A stretch of 64,000 nucleotides of DNA, taken from contig JBBQSO010000001.1 of assembly GCA_038213805.1 (NCBI GenBank), positions 101,005-165,004 of the forward strand, given 5' to 3'. Under the pieces are notes generated by a model, which saw only the letters and a list, made by a program, of their open reading frames with translations, was not told the origin of the DNA and ran no database searches. Within the stretch, counting starts at the first letter, position 1. Each line of letters starts with the position of its first letter. The position numbers were made by a program, and so were the translations under genes. This document shows positions 58,852 to 64,000 of the stretch, one piece after another. This DNA comes from Planctomycetota bacterium (GTDB lineage: Bacteria; Planctomycetota; UBA11346).

Positions 58852-59325
58852 ATGCGCCGCTACTGCACCCTCATCGACGATCGCCTGCGCGAGCACCGCA
58901 CGCCGGTCGACGCCTTCATCTTCCTCGACCACGAGTTGCGCCGGCGTCCGGGCCGCGCCAGTGGCTGCTATGAGAACGAGCACGGCTGCGTGGATGTCCG
59001 CTACTGGCCAATGGACGGCACCAGGCAGGTGCGCGAGATCCCGCACACCGGCTCGCTGCCGACCCGGCATTTCCCGACCGGCGCGCAAATCCTGTCCTAC
59101 GTGCACGCCCGCCACGATGACAGCGAGAACCCGCTGTGGAGCGCCGGCATGATCCCCGGGATCATCCGCGAGGTCCGCGACCACTTCGGTACGACGCGCG
59201 GCCTGGAACAGGTGCTACTGAGGGAGTGCTTCGCCGGCGACCGCAAGACCATGGACCAGCAGTTCTACCTGTGGGACGCGGATCTCGAGACCGCCTCGCA
59301 TCACCAACTGCTGTGCCCGCCCTGA
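58852..59325 (+). CDS. Hypothetical protein
   Basis: Coding-like codon bias; 20 nt downstream of the PRC-barrel gene. No family recognised. Confidence 0.65.
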   Translation: MRRYCTLIDDRLREHRTPVDAFIFLDHELRRRPGRASGCYENEHGCVDVRYWPMDGTRQVREIPHTGSLPTRHFPTGAQILSYVHARHDDSENPLWSAGMIPGIIREVRDHFGTTRGLEQVLLRECFAGDRKTMDQQFYLWDADLETASHHQLLCPP

Positions 59326-59373
59326 TCCGCCTGCTGGCGCGGTCTGGGCAGGCGGCGCGGCTGGTGCCGGCTC

Positions 59374-60024
59374 TCAGTCCGAGATGACCAGGTTGTTCTC
59401 GACCGCGGTGACGCCGGGCGTGCTCCAGGCCGCGGATCCCGACTCGTCCTTCTCCGCCCACGAGCTGATCGTGCCGGTGAGCGTCACCTTGCCGCCAGCG
59501 GTCCTTACCGTGAGTTGATCGGCGTCGATCTCCGCATTGCGCCGCAGCGCCTTTTCCATGGCCTCGCGGATCGAGGCCGGATCGACGCCCGCAGCGAGCG
59601 TGATGGTGTTGATGACGCCCTTGATGCCGGACAGGAAGTTCAGGGACTCCCCGGCTGCGGTACGCTGGTAATCCCACGACACGCTGCCGCTGAGCGTGAC
59701 CCAGCCCTTCTCGACGGTTGCCTGGATGGAATCCGGCACCCACACGTGCCAGGCCAGGGCATGGACCACCGCCAGGGCGAGTTCCGAGTCCTGACGCTGA
59801 TGCGCCCCGGTGAGCGAGACCTCCAGCCCCTCGGCGATCGCCCTGACGTCGTTGACGCGCCGGGTCGCGCGCTCCGCCCCGCTTTTCTCGGCATAGGACG
59901 GCACCCTCCCGCTCAGCGTCACCACGCCGTCCTCGACGGCGACGATGATGTCCGACGACGTCACCGTGAGATCCCACAGCAAAGCCTCGCTGACGTCCTT
60001 CTTGAGGTGGGCGTTGGTCTTCAT
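59374..60024 (-). CDS. Triple BON domain (OsmY-like) protein
   Basis: GVVTLSG, GWVTLSG and GKVTLTG repeats; [10 protein letters not shown]. Confidence 0.92.
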   Translation of the reverse strand: MKTNAHLKKDVSEALLWDLTVTSSDIIVAVEDGVVTLSGRVPSYAEKSGAERATRRVNDVRAIAEGLEVSLTGAHQRQDSELALAVVHALAWHVWVPDSIQATVEKGWVTLSGSVSWDYQRTAAGESLNFLSGIKGVINTITLAAGVDPASIREAMEKALRRNAEIDADQLTVRTAGGKVTLTGTISSWAEKDESGSAAWSTPGVTAVENNLVISD

Positions 60025-60186
60025 GGACAGGTCCTTCTCTGCTCCTGACGAGCGGGAGCGTGGCACCGCGGAGCCTGGCAGGGCGTCCGCGCCCGCCACG
60101 CAGGTATGGTGGAACCGCCACTCGGGCGGTCGCGTTGGACGGCATTCCGTCGGATCAGGAGCTTCGCCCCGCCGACGGCGACCGGA

Positions 60187-60204
60187 ATGGGGTCAACACC
60201 CCAT
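60187..60204. promoter_or_regulatory. Palindrome ATGGGGT-N4-ACCCCAT (copy 2)
   Basis: ATGGGGTCAACACCCCAT between the divergent BON and Met-rich genes. An extra half-site ACCCCAT lies at 60285. Confidence 0.7.
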
Positions 60205-60408
60205 CCACGCTCCGCTGCGCAAGGCGCGGCGGAGCAGCAGTTCTGCCCGTCACCGGCGCTGCGCGCACCCGAACTACGGGTTCCACCCCATGGCGCAGCT
60301 GACGCGGTCTACGCACCATGGCGAGCGGAATGCCTGCCGTTCACCGTCAGACGGACCTCCGGCAGCCACTCGACTTCATGCCCATCACCACCACGGAGAC
60401 CACCACCC

Positions 60409-60876
60409 ATGCATCCCGCGACCAAGCCCATCATGTCTCGTCCGCTCCTCACCCTGGCCTTGGCCCTCTCCTTCATGGCCCCGGCGCTGACAGTAGCTGC
60501 CGAGGCCGCCACCACCGTCCCCATGTCGCCAGCGACCATGATGCAGCACTGCACGGAGATGCAGCAGCAGATGCAGCAGATGACGACAGCACGCAAGGCC
60601 CAGGACGCGGCCCTCGCCGAGCAGATCGGCAAGGTGAACACGGCGCCTGACGGCCAGAAGGTGGCCCTCCTGGCCAGCATCGTCACGCTGATGTACGAGC
60701 AGCGCATGGCCATGGATGCGCGCGTGGCGAGGATGGGCGACGAGATGACGAGGCACATGATGCAGCACATGCAGATGGGCAAGGAATCCATGTCGGGGTG
60801 CCCGATGATGAAGGGCATGGCGGGCATGGATGGGGTGGTCGAGAAGGACACCGACCGTGGCCCGGTGCATAAGTAG
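60409..60876 (+). CDS. Met-rich exported helical protein (possible Cu/Ag-binding)
   Basis: Signal peptide; MMQHCTEMQQQMQQM and HMMQHMQMGKESMSGCPMMKGM. Start 60409 or 60433. Confidence 0.7.
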   Translation: MHPATKPIMSRPLLTLALALSFMAPALTVAAEAATTVPMSPATMMQHCTEMQQQMQQMTTARKAQDAALAEQIGKVNTAPDGQKVALLASIVTLMYEQRMAMDARVARMGDEMTRHMMQHMQMGKESMSGCPMMKGMAGMDGVVEKDTDRGPVHK

Positions 60877-61135
60877 TGGTTCAGCGCCAGGAGCGGAAGT
60901 ACCAGGACCTGCGCGATGAGGCGGTTGGGTTCGCCCGCCGCATGCTGGAATTACCGCTCTTTCGTAGAGGCGTTCCCCAGCGCCGGGCCATTATCGCCTG
61001 CCGTTCCATGCCAGGCGTCTTGACGGCAATCATCGCCAGGACGCGCTGGCTGCGCCTGAGCTCTCGTCGGCACCCACGATTCGCCAGGTGCTGGATGGGC
61101 GGCCCGCGCTCCGCGCGCGGGCTCCAGCAGAGGCT

Positions 61136-61315
61136 TCATTCCACGTAGTCGGCATGGTGTGGAGTGTCCTCAGACTGGGCGAGGAATGCCGTGCGGCAGC
61201 GCTCACCGCAGAAGAAGAACTTCTTGCCGCTGATGATGACGTGCGCTGCCGTCGCCCGCTCCACCGGTACACCACAAACCGGATCCCGGGCCACGACATC
61301 AGCGAAATTCAGCAT
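61136..61315 (-). CDS. YHS-domain small protein (59 aa)
   Basis: Below the ORF-track cutoff. MLNFADVVARDPVCGVPVERATAAHVIISGKKFFFCGERCRTAFLAQ...; SD AAGGAG. Confidence 0.85.
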   Translation of the reverse strand: MLNFADVVARDPVCGVPVERATAAHVIISGKKFFFCGERCRTAFLAQSEDTPHHADYVE

Positions 61316-61425
61316 GGCGAGCTCCTTGCGCGCAGTGCGCCTGATGTCCCGCCCACGGTGCAGAAGCGCGGTGATGGGCTTGGGCTGGAAGTGCAGGATC
61401 TTCGGCCAACCGGGACCATGGCGTC

Positions 61426-61443
61426 ATGGGGTCCTCACCCCAT
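61426..61443. promoter_or_regulatory. Palindrome ATGGGGT-N4-ACCCCAT (copy 3)
   Basis: ATGGGGTCCTCACCCCAT between the divergent YHS and baeRF genes. Confidence 0.7.
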
Positions 61444-61519
61444 GGTGCCACGCGGGTCGGGGAAATAACCTCGGGACCACGCGGTTTTAAGCCTCGCTCA
61501 TACCGGTCCCGGAGCGCCC

Positions 61520-62728
61520 ATGCACACTAACCCCGCCAGCGCTGCGCAGCCCAAGACTGATGCCGGTCATGCGCATGGTCCAGCGCACGCCCCGGGCATC
61601 GATCCCACGCGCATCCGCGCACTGGCCGCGCGCGCTCCGGAGATGACGCTGTCGATCCTTTTCACCACCCAGCGCGCGGGGCCGGACAAGCACCAGGACC
61701 GCGTGCGCCTGCGCAACCTCATCCATGAAGGCCGCCAGCAGCTCGCCGACCTGGTCGGCATGGACCAGGCCGGCCGGATCATCGCCGGGCCGCTCGCGCT
61801 GCTCGCCGCGGATGCCACGTGGGAGCACCCGACGGAGGGCCTGGCGATCTACGCTACCGCCGCCGGCTTCGAGCATTTCCAGGTACCGCAGGCGCTGCGC
61901 GAGCAGGTGGTGGCGAGCCGCCACTGCCACCTCAAGCCGCTCATGCCCCTGCTCGCGGGCGATGGGCTGTTCCACCTGCTCGAACTCACCCGCGACGGCG
62001 CCAATCTGCACGTCGGCTCGCGCTTCGCGCTGACCCCGATCTCGACCCCCGCTGCGCCGCTGGTCCCAGCGGAGGTCCACCCCGTGGCGGATCGCGAGCA
62101 TGCCAGCGGGGTGCGCGGCATCGGCAGCAGCAGTGGCGGCGCCGTGCGCCATTTCGGCGCCAGCCACGAGCTCCAGGACAAGGACCTGATCACCCGCTAC
62201 TTCCGGCACGTCGACGCGGTGGTGTGCGCGCGGCTGCACGCGGAGCAGGCGCCGCTGGTGGTCGCCGGGGTCGGCTACCTGCTGCCGCTCTACGCCGAGG
62301 TCAACCGTTACCCGCACATGGTCGCGCTCGGCATTCCCGGCAATCCGGAGCACGTGCCCCGCGAGCTCATGCACGAACGCGCCTGGAACATCGTCGCCCC
62401 GCTGTTCGCCGTGGCGGCCCAGCAGGCCGCCGAGCGCTATGCCCACCTGCGCGGCAGCGAACTCGCCAGCATCGAGCTCGCCACCGTGATGGGCGCCCTG
62501 CGCCAGGGGCGGGTCGGCGACCTGTTCCTGTCCGCCGACAGCGAGCGCTGGGGCGGTGTCGCCAGCGATGACGGCAAGGTCACCGAGCACCACGCCCGCC
62601 TGCCGGGCGACGACGATCTGCTCAACCTCGCGCTGCTCGCTGGCCTGGCCACGCGCAGCCGGATCCAGGTGGTGCCGCACGACCGCATGCCCGACCACAG
62701 CGACATCGCGGCGGTCTTCCGCTACTGA
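61520..62728 (+). CDS. Bacterial archaeo-eukaryotic release factor (baeRF3/7-like) family protein
   Basis: QDRVRLRNLI, GLAIYA, HLKPLMP, RYFRHVD, PLVVAGV, GNPE, GRVGDLF, DDLLN and C-terminal IAAVFRY. Confidence 0.8.
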   Translation: MHTNPASAAQPKTDAGHAHGPAHAPGIDPTRIRALAARAPEMTLSILFTTQRAGPDKHQDRVRLRNLIHEGRQQLADLVGMDQAGRIIAGPLALLAADATWEHPTEGLAIYATAAGFEHFQVPQALREQVVASRHCHLKPLMPLLAGDGLFHLLELTRDGANLHVGSRFALTPISTPAAPLVPAEVHPVADREHASGVRGIGSSSGGAVRHFGASHELQDKDLITRYFRHVDAVVCARLHAEQAPLVVAGVGYLLPLYAEVNRYPHMVALGIPGNPEHVPRELMHERAWNIVAPLFAVAAQQAAERYAHLRGSELASIELATVMGALRQGRVGDLFLSADSERWGGVASDDGKVTEHHARLPGDDDLLNLALLAGLATRSRIQVVPHDRMPDHSDIAAVFRY

Positions 62729-62763
62729 GACGGCCGATCCAAGACCTGCAGAGGAGCCCGCCC

Positions 62764-63534
62764 ATGGGACGCATGGAAAACAAGATCGCACTCGTCACCG
62801 GCGGCGCCAAGGGCATCGGTCAGGCGGCCTGCCAGCTGCTCGCCACCGAGGGCGCGCACGTAGCGATCGCCGATATCGACGATGAGGAGGGCGAGCGCAC
62901 CGCCACGCGGATCCGCGCGGCCGGCGGCATGGCCCGCTACTGGCGCCTCGACGTCGCCGACGAGGACGGGGTGGAGCGCGCCGTCGCCGCCATCGAGCAT
63001 GCCTTCGGCACCATCGACGTGCTGGTGAACAACGCCGGCATCACCGGGGCGGACAAGCCGACCCACGAACTGACCCTGGCCGACTGGCGGCGGGTGTTCG
63101 ACGTCAACGTGCTCGGGGCCTTCCTGTGCACCCGCCGCGTCCTGCCGCGCATGCGCGCCCAGCGTAGCGGCAGCATCGTCAACCTGTCGTCGATCTACGG
63201 CCTGGTCGGCGCTCCCGACCTGCCCCCCTACCACGCCGCCAAGGGCGCGCTGCGGCTGATGACCAAGACCGACGCGCTGATCTACGCACCCGACAACATC
63301 CGCGTGAACTCCGTGCATCCCGGCTTCATCTGGACACCGATGGTCGAGGGCTTCGCGGCAGGCAAGGGCACCGACCCCGAAACCGTGCGCGCAGGGCTCG
63401 CCGCGCTGCACCCCCTGGGCCGACTCGGCGAACCTCTCGACATCGCCTATGGCATCCTCTACCTGGCCAGCGACGAATCCCGCTTCGTCACGGGCAGCGA
63501 ACTGGTGATTGATGGCGGGTATACGGCGCGGTGA
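62764..63534 (+). CDS. SDR family oxidoreductase
   Basis: TGGAKGIG, NNAGI, YHAAKG, IRVNSVHPG, VIDGG. Confidence 0.95.
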   Translation: MGRMENKIALVTGGAKGIGQAACQLLATEGAHVAIADIDDEEGERTATRIRAAGGMARYWRLDVADEDGVERAVAAIEHAFGTIDVLVNNAGITGADKPTHELTLADWRRVFDVNVLGAFLCTRRVLPRMRAQRSGSIVNLSSIYGLVGAPDLPPYHAAKGALRLMTKTDALIYAPDNIRVNSVHPGFIWTPMVEGFAAGKGTDPETVRAGLAALHPLGRLGEPLDIAYGILYLASDESRFVTGSELVIDGGYTAR

Positions 63535-63818
63535 GGATGGCCGCGAGACCTGCAATTGCACTCGGGCGCACCACCTTTCATGAACTGGAACCTTCGAGGC
63601 TGGCGAAAAAACTTGATTCCTCGTCATTCGTGGTGGATTCAATGTCTACTCGGTTCTCGTCGATCACGTCAGGAAAGACAGGATCGAACAAGTGGAACGG
63701 AGAAACAGAGGAACGCCAGGAGATGGCAATGCCGTTTTTTCCCGATTTCGCTTTTTTCACTGGTTCCCTGTCCTCCTCCGTTTCTTCGTTCCTCTTGTTA
63801 GATCAGATCTCGTCTACC

Positions 63819-64000
63819 GTGAGCGTCAAACCAAGCTGCCTAGCGGCTGAAGTTTAGCGGATACAATCGCGCGCATGGAGGTCCCATGAAGACCCAGTCC
63901 ACGCTCGCAGAGCGCCCCCCGAAACGAGATGCGGCCGTCCGAGGCCGGGCCTTGATCGATGACTGGCGACGGTCTGGCTTGTCGCGCTCCACGTACGCCC
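63819..64000 (+). mobile_element. Left end of an IS66-family insertion sequence
   Basis: Terminal GTGAGCGTC resembles IS66 IR starts (GTAAGCGTC) and is followed by a TnpA-like ORF. Confidence 0.65.
63886..64000 (+). CDS. tnpA: IS66 accessory protein TnpA-like (partial)
   Basis: SD GGAGG; MKTQSTLAERPPKRDAAVRGRALIDDWRRSGLSRSTYA carries the W..SGLS motif. Confidence 0.65.
   Translation, partial: MKTQSTLAERPPKRDAAVRGRALIDDWRRSGLSRSTYA

Noticed and set aside
60876..61148. 90-aa plus-strand ORF after the Met-rich gene
   Set aside because: No SD, no motifs and weak codon bias.
63812..63817. GTAGAC on the minus strand next to the IS end, as a possible IS-disrupted ECF promoter
   Set aside because: A hexamer alone is expected by chance, and no -35 element can be verified.
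1..64000. CRISPR arrays, tRNA/rRNA genes, prophage or defence genes
   Set aside because: No regularly spaced repeats, RNA gene signatures or such protein motifs were seen by eye.

Overview
High-GC (~68-70% by eye) bacterial DNA. The gene content (ECF sigma/FecR-like pair, prepilin-type cassette, many secreted glycan-active proteins) resembles Planctomycetota/Verrucomicrobiota; this taxonomy is an inference. The window has four blocks. (1) 1-35.4 kb is a glycan sensing/utilisation region: SSS symporter, an ECF sigma with a FecR-type anti-sigma ending in a GH5-like domain whose nucleophile Glu appears replaced by Gln, two secreted proteins sharing a CBM6-like domain, three prepilin/PilX-like genes, a degenerate sigma/anti-sigma fusion with carbohydrate-binding-like domains, an Asp-box propeller, esterases, GH29, PL9, GH95-like and AraC genes. 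A heme-oxygenase-like diiron enzyme and a hybrid kinase sit inside it. (2) 35.7-51.5 kb holds two convergent RND efflux systems plus an OmpR-type two-component system. (3) 51.8-63.5 kb is a stress/signalling cluster: CheB-CheR-kinase, NarL regulator, a kinase plus a His-less pseudokinase paralog, PRC-barrel, BON, Met-rich, YHS, baeRF and SDR genes. (4) The left end of an IS66 element. The best candidate for an undescribed system is the ECF/dead-GH5 sensor with a repeated promoter motif GTAAC-N17-(A/G)GA(C/T), found upstream of the sigma gene itself and four other units. A second candidate regulon is marked by ATGGGGT-N4-ACCCCAT in three divergent intergenic regions of block 3. No rRNA, tRNA or CRISPR array was recognised. 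All domain calls come from motif recognition by eye, not database searches.
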